The notes: generated by a model not told the origin, from the sequence alone. A stretch of DNA of 64,000 nucleotides from Paraburkholderia sp. (GCA_036264535.1 DATAQT010000092.1:33617-97616); one strand, 5' to 3'. Counted from the stretch's first letter, positions 20,824 through 31,800 are shown. Numbers and translations are program-made.

Positions 20824-22530
20824 TCACCCGCGCCGCTTCTTCTTCAACCCGATCGTCTCGAACAGCTCATAGTCCGCTGTCGGCGTCTGATCCGCGCCCG
20901 GCGCATGGTAGTAGTTCATCGTGATCGTCGTATCGCTGCCGGGCTGCCCCGGATCGTAATCGAACACCGCGATGCCGTAGCCGGTGCCGGTGTCGCGTTG
21001 CGCGGACCAGATTGCGTCTTCGACCGCATCGGCGCTCGCGCGCACGAACGTGCCGGCGGTCGTCGACGGCATCGGGCGATTCGGCTTCGTGAAGATGCGC
21101 GCCTGGGGCAGACCCGTGCCGGTATCGACGCCGTACACATCGAGCGGCGCGCTCGTGCCGCCACCACCGAGAATCAGGTGAATCGTGCCGTGGCTCGTAT
21201 CGAACGTCGATGCACCCGCCGATACCGCCGACATGATCGGCTTGGGCTGCAACGTATCGACCGGGCGCCCCGTCGCGATGTCGGTGCCCTTGTTGTGATT
21301 GCAACCGCGCACCGGATAGCTGCGCTCGTAGTCGTGGTCGTGACCGCACAGCACGAGGTCCACACCATAGCGATCGAACAGCGGCAGCCACGCTTCGCGA
21401 ATGCCCTTGTCGGAACCGTTGCCGGTCTTCGACGAGCTGAGCGCATCCTGATGCATCTGGACGATGATCCAGTCCACGTCGTCATCGTGCGACGCATGCT
21501 GCAGCACTTTTTCGAGCCAGCGTGTCTGCTCGCCATTGCTATAGCCGCGCACATAGAGCGACGTGCCCGCCGGAATCGGCGGATTGCCGGTACTCGCTAC
21601 CGGCGTCAGCGGGGCAGGTCCAGCGACGAACGCGGCGGCGTCCTGATAGACGACGTCGTCCGCGTCGAGCGAAATGAACAGCACCGAGCCAACGCGGAAG
21701 GTGTACCAGCGACCCGGAAAACGCGTGTGATTATCTGGCAGCGAGTAGCGCGACAGATAGGACGCCAGGCCCTGCTCGCCGTTGTTGAATTCGAGTTCGT
21801 GATTGCCTGGGCACGGCATCCAGGGCCGGTTCGACGCCGACGTCTGCGCGTTGTTGCCGAAGTCGCGCCACACCTCGGGCTGCTGCGTCGGGTTCAGATT
21901 CGCGTAGCACAGGTCGCCGTTCAGCAGATGGAACAGCGGCTGGAAGCGCTCGACTGCCGCCACTGCGAAGCGGCTTTGCGGCGACGACAGCACCCAGTTC
22001 GTATTCGGCGTCGCGAGATCGCCGTAGCTCGTCCAGCGAAACGGTGCGCGGCCGTGCGGCGCGGTCCGAAAGCTCGCAGTAAAAGGCTGCGATGCGTTGC
22101 TGTCGTTGTCGGCCGTCACTTCGTACTGGTAGCTCGCGTCGGCCTTCAGGTCGCGCACGCGCGCGTGGTAGTTGAACACGACCTCGCCGTTGATGCCGTC
22201 GGTGTAAGTGCTTTGCACCGCGTGCACCGTCTGTTTCGCGTGGTCCCCGCTGTTCGCGCCGCTCACGCGAACCTGCGGATTGACCGCGGGCGCGAGCGAC
22301 GACCACGACACCGTGACTTCGCTCGTCGGGTCGTTGCCCCAGGTCAGGTGAATCTGTTCGGGAGTGCCATCGGGTGTGCCGCTATTCGCGCCGCGCGCGG
22401 TCGATGCGAGCGCGCCCGCCGCCGTCGCGAGACCCGATACGCCGGCAAACTTCAGAAAGCCGCGCCGCGAGACGATCGATGCGCCATGCTCATCGGCAGG
22501 CGCAGTCTTGACGATTTTTCTGTTGGACAT
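20824..22530 (-). CDS. Tat-exported purple acid phosphatase-like metallophosphoesterase
   Basis: SRRGFLK; PEQIHL N-terminal domain; YGD, GDLCY, GNHE and GHDHDYERS motifs. Confidence 0.9.
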   Translation of the reverse strand: MSNRKIVKTAPADEHGASIVSRRGFLKFAGVSGLATAAGALASTARGANSGTPDGTPEQIHLTWGNDPTSEVTVSWSSLAPAVNPQVRVSGANSGDHAKQTVHAVQSTYTDGINGEVVFNYHARVRDLKADASYQYEVTADNDSNASQPFTASFRTAPHGRAPFRWTSYGDLATPNTNWVLSSPQSRFAVAAVERFQPLFHLLNGDLCYANLNPTQQPEVWRDFGNNAQTSASNRPWMPCPGNHELEFNNGEQGLASYLSRYSLPDNHTRFPGRWYTFRVGSVLFISLDADDVVYQDAAAFVAGPAPLTPVASTGNPPIPAGTSLYVRGYSNGEQTRWLEKVLQHASHDDDVDWIIVQMHQDALSSSKTGNGSDKGIREAWLPLFDRYGVDLVLCGHDHDYERSYPVRGCNHNKGTDIATGRPVDTLQPKPIMSAVSAGASTFDTSHGTIHLILGGGGTSAPLDVYGVDTGTGLPQARIFTKPNRPMPSTTAGTFVRASADAVEDAIWSAQRDTGTGYGIAVFDYDPGQPGSDTTITMNYYHAPGADQTPTADYELFETIGLKKKRRG

Positions 22531-22763
22531 GTCCGGTATGGTTGTTCAGGTGGAAGAATGCCAGCGCAAAACAACACCCCGCGGGGCGAGCGCGGACGGG
22601 AAGTGACGAGGGATCGTAGCCGGATGGCGATGACAGCCCGATGAAAACATCGGACGAACAGCGGGAGGAGAGGGTTGATATCGATGCGCTTATAAAAACA
22701 GATTGCCGGTGCAGCGCGTGATTCGATCCCGCGCATGCAACCGGCAATCCGCCTTACGTTCGC

Positions 22764-22988
22764 TCAGGTCTGCGAACTCGTATCGTCCGCGGCTTGAGCG
22801 TCGTTGGCGTCGTCCTTCTTCTCTTCTTCCCTGTTTTCCACCAGCGATTCCAGCTTGCCGGCGCCTTCGAAGCCAGCGATAGCGGCCACGCCTTTCGTCA
22901 ACAGGCCCGCTTCCGGATCGACTTTCTCGGCTGCTTCAACGGCGGCAACCGCACCGGCAATCTTGCCCACTTCGTCCAGAAGTCCCAT
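22764..22988 (-). CDS. small hypothetical protein
   Basis: GGGAG RBS before MGLLDEVG; host-like codon use. Confidence 0.6.
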   Translation of the reverse strand: MGLLDEVGKIAGAVAAVEAAEKVDPEAGLLTKGVAAIAGFEGAGKLESLVENREEEKKDDANDAQAADDTSSQT

Positions 22989-23103
22989 GTCGCACTCCCA
23001 CAAAAATAAGTGAAACTGCATCGTCTCACGAACCTGGTGTCGTGTCGTCAATTGTTAAGCCGCTTGACCGTGAAGCTTTCGGAGTGAAATGTAAGCGCCT
23101 GCC

Positions 23104-23526
23104 TCACACGCTCGCGGGCGGCTGGGGATTGTTCGCGGGATTGGTGTCATACCTCGAAACGCGAACAATGCCGTTCGTGTCGATCAGCTTCGACAAGCCG
23201 GCCTCCAATGCATCGGCGGCGTCCTTGTCATAAACTTCGTCGCCATTCACATAGAGCGTGAACGATAGCTGGTACTTCGCTTTCTTCTCCGGGTTCTCGA
23301 TGGTCTGCCGCGTCCATTGATAAAGCGGGTAGCCCTCCGTGCCCATTCTCTCCGCTTCGCTGACATAGTCGGCGAATGCATCGAACTGGCATTTGAGCGT
23401 GGCGTGATGGGTTTGCAGAATGGCGCGAAGCGCCGGGTGCGCCGCGCACGTTGGGTCCGAGCGCAGCGAGTGGGCGAGCGCCGCCGATGCCGTGATTCGC
23501 AGCTGGAATTGCAAGGGTGAAGACAT
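23104..23526 (-). CDS. hypothetical protein
   Basis: GAGG RBS before MSSPLQF; protein-like composition; directly follows the GGDEF/EAL gene. Confidence 0.7.
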   Translation of the reverse strand: MSSPLQFQLRITASAALAHSLRSDPTCAAHPALRAILQTHHATLKCQFDAFADYVSEAERMGTEGYPLYQWTRQTIENPEKKAKYQLSFTLYVNGDEVYDKDAADALEAGLSKLIDTNGIVRVSRYDTNPANNPQPPASV

Positions 23527-23555
23527 CGCAGCCTCGATCGTGTCGGTAACGGATC

Positions 23556-25505
23556 TCACAAGTCCGCGGGCGCGGCCTTGTCGGCGACACGCGCGTCGAG
23601 CACCGTTTCGATCTGCTCGATCTCGTCGCCGCGCATTGGCTTGCCGAGCAGATAACCCTGCGCATGCGTGCAACCGCATACGCGCACGAAATTGAGCTGC
23701 TCCTGGGTTTCGATGCCCTCGGCCGTGGTCGGCATGCCGATCTCGCGCGCGAGCGCGACGATGCCGCGCACCACGGCTGCCGATTCGCGCCCATGCACGG
23801 ACTCGCGAACGAACGAGCTGTCGATCTTCAGTTTGTCGAACGAGAAGCGCACGAGCGTCGACATCGTCGAAAAGCCGGTGCCGAAGTCGTCGAGCGCGAG
23901 CCCGATGCCCAATGCGCGCAACCTGGTGATATTGCGGCGGGTCACTTCGTCGTCGTTCAAGAGCGCTGTTTCCGTGACCTCGAGATTGAGCCGCATCGGC
24001 GAAAGCTTCGTTTTCCGAAGTATTGCCGTCACCGTCGACGCGAACGATTCCTCGCGCAACTGCACCGGCGAGACGTTGACCGCGACGATCACCTTGTCGC
24101 GCCACGTCGCCGCCGCCGCGCACGATTGCAGCAGCACCCATTCGCCCAAGGAGAGGATCAGGCCGGTGCGCTCGGCGGTCGGAATGAACGCGGACGGCGA
24201 CAGCTCGCCGCGCGTCGGATGGGTCCAGCGAATCAGCGCCTCGCGGCCCGCTACCGCGCCCGTATTCAGATCGATGATCGGCTGATACTCCATGCGCAAG
24301 CCGTTGAACGACTTCAGCGCGCCTTCCAGATCGCTACGCAACAGGCTCAGGCTTTCGTCGGACGCGTGCTTCTCGGCATCGAAAATCGCGAACGCGCTTT
24401 TGCCGCTGCGCTTGACGCCGTACAACGCTCGATCGGCGCAGATCAGCAATTGCGGGCCCGTTTTCGCGTGTTCGGGATAGAGCGCAATGCCGACGCTCGC
24501 GCCGATATGCACGAGCGCTTCGCTCAATACGAATGGCCGCGCCAGCGTTCTGACGATACGATCGGCCAGCACGCGCACGTCGCGAAGCTGCCCGGCGCCG
24601 TCGGAAATCGCCACGAACTCGTCACCCGCCAGACGGCCGACCTGATTGCCGCTCGGCAGCAGATCGCGCAAACGCGTCGCCGCTTCCTGAAGAATCTGGT
24701 CCCCGGCGGCATGGCCGAGACTGTCGTTGATCGCCTTGAAGCCATCGAGATCGATCAGCAGCACCGCGAACGACTCACCGTGCCGCGTCGAACTCTCGCC
24801 GGTGCGTTCGAGCAGCAGTTCGCTGAGACGCGCGCGATTCGGCAATCCGGTCAGGCTGTCCTGGCGCGCGAGGCGATGACTGTTTTCGCGCGCGAGCAGC
24901 AGTGCGACGGTGTCGCGATTACTGCGCAGCGCGACCGTGAAAAAGCCGGCCGCGCAAAACGGTGCCTGAAACAGCAGCACGAGCTTGCCGTTACCCGGTG
25001 ACATCGCCGCGCCGACGCTGAGAAAGCTGAGAATAAAGACGATCTGCAATAACGCGAGCCGTGGCGTGCCCGCATTACGTCCCGCCAATCCGCCGATTAC
25101 ACCGACCGCACAAACGTTTCCGAGTAGAAAAAGCGTGGAATTCCCGCTGATATTGCACAGTAGCGTGCCGAAGCCGAATAGCGCGCTCCACAAGAGACTC
25201 GCGAAGATAAACGCGGAAGTCGGCGTGGGGCGCCCTTGCGCGGCGCGCGTGCGGCATAGCCAGATCAGCACGAGCCGTGCAATCAGTAACGCGACGACCG
25301 CACTGCCCCAGGCGGCATACAGCGGAATCGGATATAGGTAATACGCGGTCGCACAAACGCTGATTTCGCAAATCGACGCGAAAATGATCGAAGCGGTTCG
25401 CGTAAACAGATTGGCAAGCAGAATCTGCCGGTTGTCCGGGCTCAGATTCTGGGCGGAGGACACGACCCACTTGAAAAATGGCGACCTGGGTTCGGTAAAA
25501 GCCAT
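23556..25505 (-). CDS. membrane GGDEF-EAL c-di-GMP enzyme
   Basis: N-terminal TM segments; DSLTGLPNR, DLDGFK, RLAGDEF; REALIRW and LDDFGTG. Confidence 0.93.
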   Translation of the reverse strand: MAFTEPRSPFFKWVVSSAQNLSPDNRQILLANLFTRTASIIFASICEISVCATAYYLYPIPLYAAWGSAVVALLIARLVLIWLCRTRAAQGRPTPTSAFIFASLLWSALFGFGTLLCNISGNSTLFLLGNVCAVGVIGGLAGRNAGTPRLALLQIVFILSFLSVGAAMSPGNGKLVLLFQAPFCAAGFFTVALRSNRDTVALLLARENSHRLARQDSLTGLPNRARLSELLLERTGESSTRHGESFAVLLIDLDGFKAINDSLGHAAGDQILQEAATRLRDLLPSGNQVGRLAGDEFVAISDGAGQLRDVRVLADRIVRTLARPFVLSEALVHIGASVGIALYPEHAKTGPQLLICADRALYGVKRSGKSAFAIFDAEKHASDESLSLLRSDLEGALKSFNGLRMEYQPIIDLNTGAVAGREALIRWTHPTRGELSPSAFIPTAERTGLILSLGEWVLLQSCAAAATWRDKVIVAVNVSPVQLREESFASTVTAILRKTKLSPMRLNLEVTETALLNDDEVTRRNITRLRALGIGLALDDFGTGFSTMSTLVRFSFDKLKIDSSFVRESVHGRESAAVVRGIVALAREIGMPTTAEGIETQEQLNFVRVCGCTHAQGYLLGKPMRGDEIEQIETVLDARVADKAAPADL

Positions 25506-25739
25506 GACCTGCGCATTGGGCGGTTAGCGGGTCCGAATCGGCATGCGAATGGACGATTGGACGAATCGTGCAACGATTACACAAACATAAAATATCAGAT
25601 TAATAAGTGCAATGGCGTGAAATGACTAGCAGCCGTGCGTTTAAAGCACGGCACGATTGCCAGTACGGGCGTTCGCATTGCGCGTTGATGGGGCGCAGCC
25701 AGCGGCCGCAGCGATATTCCGACGCTGCGACTGGACAAT

Positions 25740-25770
25740 AAAAAAGAGGAAGAGCGCGGCTCTTCCTCTT
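25740..25770 (-). terminator. intrinsic terminator of the minus-strand ABC operon
   Basis: GAGGAAGAGC-GCG-GCTCTTCCTC stem with a T-run on the minus strand. Confidence 0.7.
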
Positions 25771-25820
25771 CGATGATTCCGGCTGGCCCCGGCTCGCCGA
25801 GGCGATATCGCCGGCTTCGC

Positions 25821-26762
25821 TCAGTCGTACAGCACTGCCGCGATCTTCGGATCGTTCATATTGGTCTTGTCGTACCAGTAGAAGCCGGTGTCGACCTTCT
25901 TCGGCAGCTTCTCGCCATGCAGCGCCTTGACCGCCGAGTCGACCACGCACTTGCCGATACCAACCGGGTTCTGCGTAATCGCGCCGGCCATCAGGCCCGA
26001 CATGATGTTCTCCTTCTGCTCCTTGCCGGAGTCGAAGCCGATCAGCACGAGCTTCTTGCCCGATTCCTTGACGCCGATCGCCGCGCCTTCCGCCGAACCT
26101 TCATTCGCGCCAAAGATGCCCTTCAGGTTCGGATTCGCCTGGATCATTGCCTTGGCGATTTCCGCCGACTTCAGGTGGTCGCCAGCGCCGTATTGCACGG
26201 ACACGATCTTGATGTTCGGATGCTTCGACTTGATCTGATTGACGAAACCATCGCGGCGATCGACACCGGTGCGGCTCGTCTGGTCATGCACGATCACGGC
26301 GACTTCGCCGGAATTGCCGATCAACTCGGCCATCTTGTCGGCGGCGAGCGCGGCGGCGGCGAGGTTGTCCGTCGCGCAGGTGGTCACAGGAATATCGCTG
26401 TCGACGCCCGAGTCGAACGCGATCACCGGAATCTTGTCGTTCTGCGCACGCTTGAGCAAGGGAATCGCCGCCTTGCTGTCAAGCGCCGCAATACCTAGCG
26501 CTTGCGGTTTCTTCGCGAGCGCGGCCGACAGCATGTCGATCTGCTTGTCGACCATCGCCTCCGTTTCCGGTCCCTCGAACGTGATCCTGACGTTGTTCGC
26601 TTTCGCGGACTGCTCGGCGCCCGATTTGACGGCTTGCCAGAACTGATGCTGGAAGCCCTTCGAAATAAGCGGAATATACGGCTCGTCCGCATACGCGAGA
26701 CAACTTCCGCCGACGAGCGCACCGACACCGACCACGATACCGATTAGTCTTCTCTTCAACAT
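25821..26762 (-). CDS. CUT2 sugar ABC solute-binding protein (probably L-fucose related)
   Basis: SKGFQHQFWQAV, IAFDSG and ATDN periplasmic-binding motifs; GGAGGAGG RBS. Confidence 0.9.
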   Translation of the reverse strand: MLKRRLIGIVVGVGALVGGSCLAYADEPYIPLISKGFQHQFWQAVKSGAEQSAKANNVRITFEGPETEAMVDKQIDMLSAALAKKPQALGIAALDSKAAIPLLKRAQNDKIPVIAFDSGVDSDIPVTTCATDNLAAAALAADKMAELIGNSGEVAVIVHDQTSRTGVDRRDGFVNQIKSKHPNIKIVSVQYGAGDHLKSAEIAKAMIQANPNLKGIFGANEGSAEGAAIGVKESGKKLVLIGFDSGKEQKENIMSGLMAGAITQNPVGIGKCVVDSAVKALHGEKLPKKVDTGFYWYDKTNMNDPKIAAVLYD

Positions 26763-26898
26763 GGGGCCTCCTCCAATGGTTGGGCTATCAAGCCGCTATC
26801 GAGCTTCGAGGGAGCCTTCACATGCCCCTCTCTCTCCTGCTTCTGCTTTCCTACTTTTGCCTACTTTTCCTGCTTTGCGTTGCTTCCCTGCTCCCGCG

Positions 26899-27927
26899 TC
26901 AACTTCTCCGGCTGCGCCGCAGGATGTCCGCATACACCGCCAGAATGATGATCAGACCCGTCACGACGATCTGCCACTCCTGCGCGACCGACATGATGCG
27001 CAGTCCGTTGGTCAGCACGCTCATGATGAAAGCGCCGATGATGGTGCCGAGTATCGTGCCCGAACCGCCGCTCAACGACGTGCCGCCGATCACGACCGCG
27101 GCGATCGCATCGAGCTCGTAGCCCTGGCCGAGCGCCGGTTGCGCCGAATTGAGCCGCGAGGCGATCAGCAGGCCCGCAATGCCGCAGATCGAGCCGCCCA
27201 CGCCGTAAATCGCGATCTTCCAGCGATCGACATTGACGCCCGAGAGCCGCACCGCTTCTTCATTGCTGCCGAGCGCGAAGGTATAACGGCCGAGCGCGGT
27301 GCGATTGAGCGTAATAGAGCTGACGATCGCGAGAAAGAACAGGATCAGCACCGCATTCGGAATGGGCACGCCCGGCAGGAAATAGCCGATCAGCGAGTCC
27401 TGGGAAATACGGTAGAAGTTCTCGGTATCAGTGAAATAGATCGGCTTGTCCGCCGAAACGACGAGCGAAAGCCCCTTGAGCAGCATCATCATGCCGAGCG
27501 TCGCGATGAATGGCGGGATCTTCATTTTCGCGGTCAACGTGCCCGATACCGTGCCGCACACCGCGCCTGTCGCGATTGCGGCAAGTACGCCCATCCACAG
27601 CGGCAGATGCCAGTAGGTGAGAAACACCCCGCAAATGACGGCGGTAAATGTCATCAACGTACCGACCGACAGGTCGATGCCGCCCGTAATGATCACGAAC
27701 GTGGCGGCAATCGCCAACACGCCATTCACGGCGGTCGCCTGCAAAATGCCGAGGATGTTGTCCATCTGCATGAAGGCCGGCGACGCGAAGCTGAAGAAAA
27801 CCAGCAACAGGATCAGGCTCGCGAACGCGAGCAGCTTTTGCACCGTGGTCGGCGCGAACAGGCGCGCTTTCAGCCCGGAAGTGCGCCTTTCGTTATCGAG
27901 CGCCGCGGTATCCGTTTGCAATGACAT
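26899..27927 (-). CDS. CUT2 sugar ABC permease
   Basis: GGIDLSVG, PPFIATLG, YELDAIAAVVIGG. Confidence 0.93.
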   Translation of the reverse strand: MSLQTDTAALDNERRTSGLKARLFAPTTVQKLLAFASLILLLVFFSFASPAFMQMDNILGILQATAVNGVLAIAATFVIITGGIDLSVGTLMTFTAVICGVFLTYWHLPLWMGVLAAIATGAVCGTVSGTLTAKMKIPPFIATLGMMMLLKGLSLVVSADKPIYFTDTENFYRISQDSLIGYFLPGVPIPNAVLILFFLAIVSSITLNRTALGRYTFALGSNEEAVRLSGVNVDRWKIAIYGVGGSICGIAGLLIASRLNSAQPALGQGYELDAIAAVVIGGTSLSGGSGTILGTIIGAFIMSVLTNGLRIMSVAQEWQIVVTGLIIILAVYADILRRSRRS

Positions 27928-27940
27928 GTCGTAGACCTCT

Positions 27941-29458
27941 TCAGGCTTGTGCCGTTTTCAGGGTTTCGCGCTGCGTCGCGAGATGCATGATGCGCTCCTG
28001 CGTTGCGTCGCTCGCGGACAGTTCGCCGGTAATGCGGCCTTCGCACATCACCACGATGCGGTCGCTCATACGCAGAACTTCAGGCAGCTCGGACGAAATC
28101 ATCACGATCGCCTTGCCTTGCGACGCCAGCGAGCGTAGCAGCTTGTAAATTTCGCTTTTCGCGCCGACGTCGATACCGCGCGTCGGTTCGTCGAAGAACA
28201 GCACATCGCAGTCGCGCTCGAGCCATTTCGCAATCACGATCTTCTGCTGATTGCCGCCCGACAGAAGCCGCACCGGCTGCGTCGCGGACGGCGTGCGAAT
28301 AGCAAGCAGCTTGATGAAGTGCTGCGCTCTTTTGCGAATCTGCCCGCGCCGCAGGAACATATTGAATGAGAGGAACTTGCCGAGATCGGACATGACGATG
28401 TTCGATTCGACATCCATCCCGGTAGCGAGACCGAAGCGCTTGCGATCTTCGGACAGGTAGCCGATGCCGCGCTTGACCGCATCGCTCGGCTTTTTGATCG
28501 ACGCCTTGACGCCCTTCACGAGAATCTCGCCCGATTCGACCGGATCGGCGCCGAACACCGCGCGCGCAACCTCGGTGCGGCCCGCACCCATCAAGCCAGC
28601 GAAGCCGAGTATCTCGCCCTTGCGCAACTCGAAACTGACGTTGCGCACGAGCGGACCCGCGACGAGGTTTTTCACTTCGAGCGCGAGCTCGCCTTTCCCG
28701 GGCGTGCTCTCCACGGGCGTCACATCGCTGAGCGTGCGCCCGACCATCATGCCGATGATCGTCTCGACGCTGGTGCCCTCGGTCGGCACGGTGGCCACAT
28801 ATTCACCGTCGCGCATCACTGTGACGCGGTCGGTGATCTGCTTCAACTCGTCCATCTTGTGCGAGATATAGACGACGCCGACGCCACGCTCTTTCAATTG
28901 CCGGATGATGCGGAACAGCTCGGCGATCTCGGCGTCGTTGAGCGCCGACGTGGGCTCGTCCATGATCAGCACGCGCGAATCGAACGACAGCGCCTTCGCG
29001 ATCTCGACCATCTGCTGACTCGCCACCGTCAATGTGCCGACCATCGTGCGCGGATCGAGATTCACGTGCATGCGGGCAAGGATCTCACGCGCCTGCGCAT
29101 TCAGTTTGTCTTCGTCGAGAAACAGACCGAGACCCTTGCGCGGCTCGCGGCCGATAAAGATGTTCTGCGCGACGCTCAGATGATTCATCAGTTGCAGTTC
29201 CTGATGAATGATGCCGATGCCGACCGCCTGCGCGTCGCGTGGACCTTGAAAATCGACCTGCTTGCCGTCGAACAATATTTCACCGGAATCGCGCGTATAG
29301 ACGCCGGCGAGAATTTTCATGAGCGTCGACTTGCCCGCGCCGTTTTCACCCATCAGCGCATGGACCTCACCGGCCATGAGTTCGAACCGGACCTCATGAA
29401 GCGCTCTTACACCCGGAAAGCTCTTGCAAAGCTTGTTGACGGAAATGAGTGGGTTCAT
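27941..29458 (-). CDS. CUT2 sugar ABC ATPase (two NBDs)
   Basis: [25 protein letters not shown]. Confidence 0.95.
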   Translation of the reverse strand: MNPLISVNKLCKSFPGVRALHEVRFELMAGEVHALMGENGAGKSTLMKILAGVYTRDSGEILFDGKQVDFQGPRDAQAVGIGIIHQELQLMNHLSVAQNIFIGREPRKGLGLFLDEDKLNAQAREILARMHVNLDPRTMVGTLTVASQQMVEIAKALSFDSRVLIMDEPTSALNDAEIAELFRIIRQLKERGVGVVYISHKMDELKQITDRVTVMRDGEYVATVPTEGTSVETIIGMMVGRTLSDVTPVESTPGKGELALEVKNLVAGPLVRNVSFELRKGEILGFAGLMGAGRTEVARAVFGADPVESGEILVKGVKASIKKPSDAVKRGIGYLSEDRKRFGLATGMDVESNIVMSDLGKFLSFNMFLRRGQIRKRAQHFIKLLAIRTPSATQPVRLLSGGNQQKIVIAKWLERDCDVLFFDEPTRGIDVGAKSEIYKLLRSLASQGKAIVMISSELPEVLRMSDRIVVMCEGRITGELSASDATQERIMHLATQRETLKTAQA

Positions 29459-29549
29459 GTGCTGATCTGCCGAGGGCTGCCTATATCACCAACGCTTTTA
29501 CAGTGGAGGACTTTACGGCTTGAACAACGGCTTTCATTCGAGCTTTCAT

Positions 29550-30278
29550 TCAAGGCTCGAACAGATCGGGCCGCGATTTCGCGGACCGGTGCAATTCGGC
29601 AACCACCTGGTCGAGGTGATCGTGCATCGCTTTCGCGGCCGCATCGCCGTCGCCGGCGCACAGGGCCTTGAAAATGCTCTCGTGCTCTTCCAGCGTATGC
29701 ACGAGCCGCTCTGGACTCGCGAGCAATTGCCTCGCGCGGTCCAGCGCATTGCGCGACACCGCGACGATTTCCTTCACGCGCGGCAGCCTCACCGCGTCGA
29801 GCAGGATTTCGTGGAAGGCCAGATCGAGCGCATGAAACGCCAGACGTTCGCCACTTCCGGCCACGCTGCGCTGCTGGTCGAGATTACTGGCCAACGCATC
29901 GAGCGTCGCCCGGTCATGCATCAGCGCCACGCCGCGCACCGTTTCGACTTCCAGCGCGCTGCGGATGAACAGATGCTGGCGGATGTCGTCGAGCGCGATC
30001 GGTTTGACGCGCGTGCCGCGCTGCGGCAATACCTCGACGAGACCCGCATGCGCAAGCCTCGCCAACGCGGAAGAAACAGGAAAGCGTGACACGCCCATCC
30101 GTTCGCACACGGCCATCTTGTCGATCATCATGCCGGGTTCCAGCGCCAACGTAACAATCGCTTCGCGCAACGCAGCCTCGACCGCGTCGGTCAAACTGCC
30201 GCGCTCGCCACCGCGAATCTTTTGCAGTGCGACATAAGGATTGCCGGCGGCATTCTCCAGTTCAACCGAGGAGTTCAC
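29550..30278 (-). CDS. GntR/FCD-family regulator
   Basis: MGVSRFPV..LVEVLPQRGT winged HTH plus FCD domain; exact start uncertain. Confidence 0.85.
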   Translation of the reverse strand: MNSSVELENAAGNPYVALQKIRGGERGSLTDAVEAALREAIVTLALEPGMMIDKMAVCERMGVSRFPVSSALARLAHAGLVEVLPQRGTRVKPIALDDIRQHLFIRSALEVETVRGVALMHDRATLDALASNLDQQRSVAGSGERLAFHALDLAFHEILLDAVRLPRVKEIVAVSRNALDRARQLLASPERLVHTLEEHESIFKALCAGDGDAAAKAMHDHLDQVVAELHRSAKSRPDLFEP

Positions 30279-30300
30279 GAAGGCCTTGATTTCGAGAAGA

Positions 30301-30316
30301 CATGCTAGCATGCTAG
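30301..30316. promoter_or_regulatory. candidate GntR operator in the divergent promoter
   Basis: CATGCTAGCATGCTAG contains overlapping perfect palindromes, including CTAGCATGCTAG. Confidence 0.55.
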
Positions 30317-30504
30317 AAAGTGATTGCCATGTTGTCAACGCGTACAAATGCCTGGGGGAATCCTCAGGGATACCTGGTATCTGGGAACTGCGGGCTTACC
30401 CGTACGCGCAGCAGCAATGCGCACACGAAGAACGTGCGCACGAAGCCGATCCGTCTGTGTTCGCAGACGACAAGCCGATAGCCATAGCCCCGGAGGGCGC
30501 ACAA

Positions 30505-31800
30505 ATGACTACGATCACAAGGCTGTCCGTTCGGGACATCCGGTTTCCCACTTCACGTTCTCTGGACGGCTCCGACGCGATGAATGCCGCGCCGGACTAC
30601 TCCGCCACCTACGTCACGCTCGAAACCGACACGCCGAATCTCGTCGGCCACGGCCTCACCTTCACGATTGGACGCGGCAATGAGATCTGCGTGACGGCCG
30701 TGAATGCACTGATGCCGTTGATCGTCGGCAAGAAGCTCGAAGATATCGCCGCGAATATGGGCGCTTTCTGGCGCGCGTTTACTTCGGATAGCCAACTACG
30801 CTGGATCGGCCCGGACAAAGGCGCGATCCATCTGGCCACCGCGGCGGTCGTCAACGCGGTGTGGGACCTGTGGGCGAAAGCCGTCGGCAAACCGGTCTGG
30901 AAGCTGCTGGTCGACATGAGTCCGGAAGAACTCGTGCGCTGCCTGGACTTTCGCTACGTGACCGATGCGATCACGCCGCAGGAAGCACTGGCAATGCTGC
31001 ACCGGCACGCCAAAACCAAAGGCGAGCGCGAAAAGGAAATGCTCGCGCACGGCTATCCGGCCTATACGACATCCGCGGGCTGGCTCGGTTACGAAGACGA
31101 GAAGATTCGCCGACTCGCACGCGAAGGCGTCGCGCAGGGTTGGACGCATTTCAAGCAGAAGGTCGGCGGCGATCTGGAAGAAGACGTGCGGCGCGCGCGC
31201 ATTCTGCGCGAAGAGATCGGCGAGAACCTGAAGCTGATGATGGACGCGAACCAGGTGTGGGACGTCGACGAAGCAATCACCAACATGCGCCGTCTCGCCG
31301 AGTTCGACCCATGGTGGATCGAGGAGCCGACGAGTCCCGACGACATCCTTGGTCATGCGGCAATTCGCCGGCGGCTCGGTTCGATTGGCGTCGCCACCGG
31401 CGAGCATTGCCACAATCGCGTGATGTTCAAGCAACTGCTACAGGCCGACGCCATCGACTTTTGCCAGATCGACAGTTGCCGGCTCGGCGGACTCAACGAA
31501 GTGATCGTCGTGCTGCTGATGGCCGCGAAGTTCGGTGTACCGGTGTGCCCACATGCGGGCGGCGTCGGTTTGTGCGAGTACGTGCAGCATATTTCGCTGT
31601 TCGACTATATCTGCGTATCGGCGTCGCTCGACAATCGCGTGCTCGAATACGTCGATCATTTGCACGAGCATTTCGTGGATCCCGTCGTGATCCGTCATGG
31701 ACACTATATGCCGCCGCAAAGGCCGGGCTATAGCATCGAGATGCTGGAAGAATCGTTGGACAGGTACTGGTTTCCGGAAGGGGAAGCGTGGCAGGAATGA
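30505..31800 (+). CDS. L-fuconate dehydratase (enolase superfamily)
   Basis: DIRFPTS..DGSDAMN..PDYSA, YTTSAGWLGY, KQKVG, DANQ, IEEP, TGEH and PHAGG motifs. Confidence 0.9.
   Translation: MTTITRLSVRDIRFPTSRSLDGSDAMNAAPDYSATYVTLETDTPNLVGHGLTFTIGRGNEICVTAVNALMPLIVGKKLEDIAANMGAFWRAFTSDSQLRWIGPDKGAIHLATAAVVNAVWDLWAKAVGKPVWKLLVDMSPEELVRCLDFRYVTDAITPQEALAMLHRHAKTKGEREKEMLAHGYPAYTTSAGWLGYEDEKIRRLAREGVAQGWTHFKQKVGGDLEEDVRRARILREEIGENLKLMMDANQVWDVDEAITNMRRLAEFDPWWIEEPTSPDDILGHAAIRRRLGSIGVATGEHCHNRVMFKQLLQADAIDFCQIDSCRLGGLNEVIVVLLMAAKFGVPVCPHAGGVGLCEYVQHISLFDYICVSASLDNRVLEYVDHLHEHFVDPVVIRHGHYMPPQRPGYSIEMLEESLDRYWFPEGEAWQE

Noticed and set aside
20803-22644. 613-aa plus-strand ORF (and similar ones at 23664, 26761, 49075, 57244)
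   Set aside because: Antisense to clearly identified genes, with no motifs
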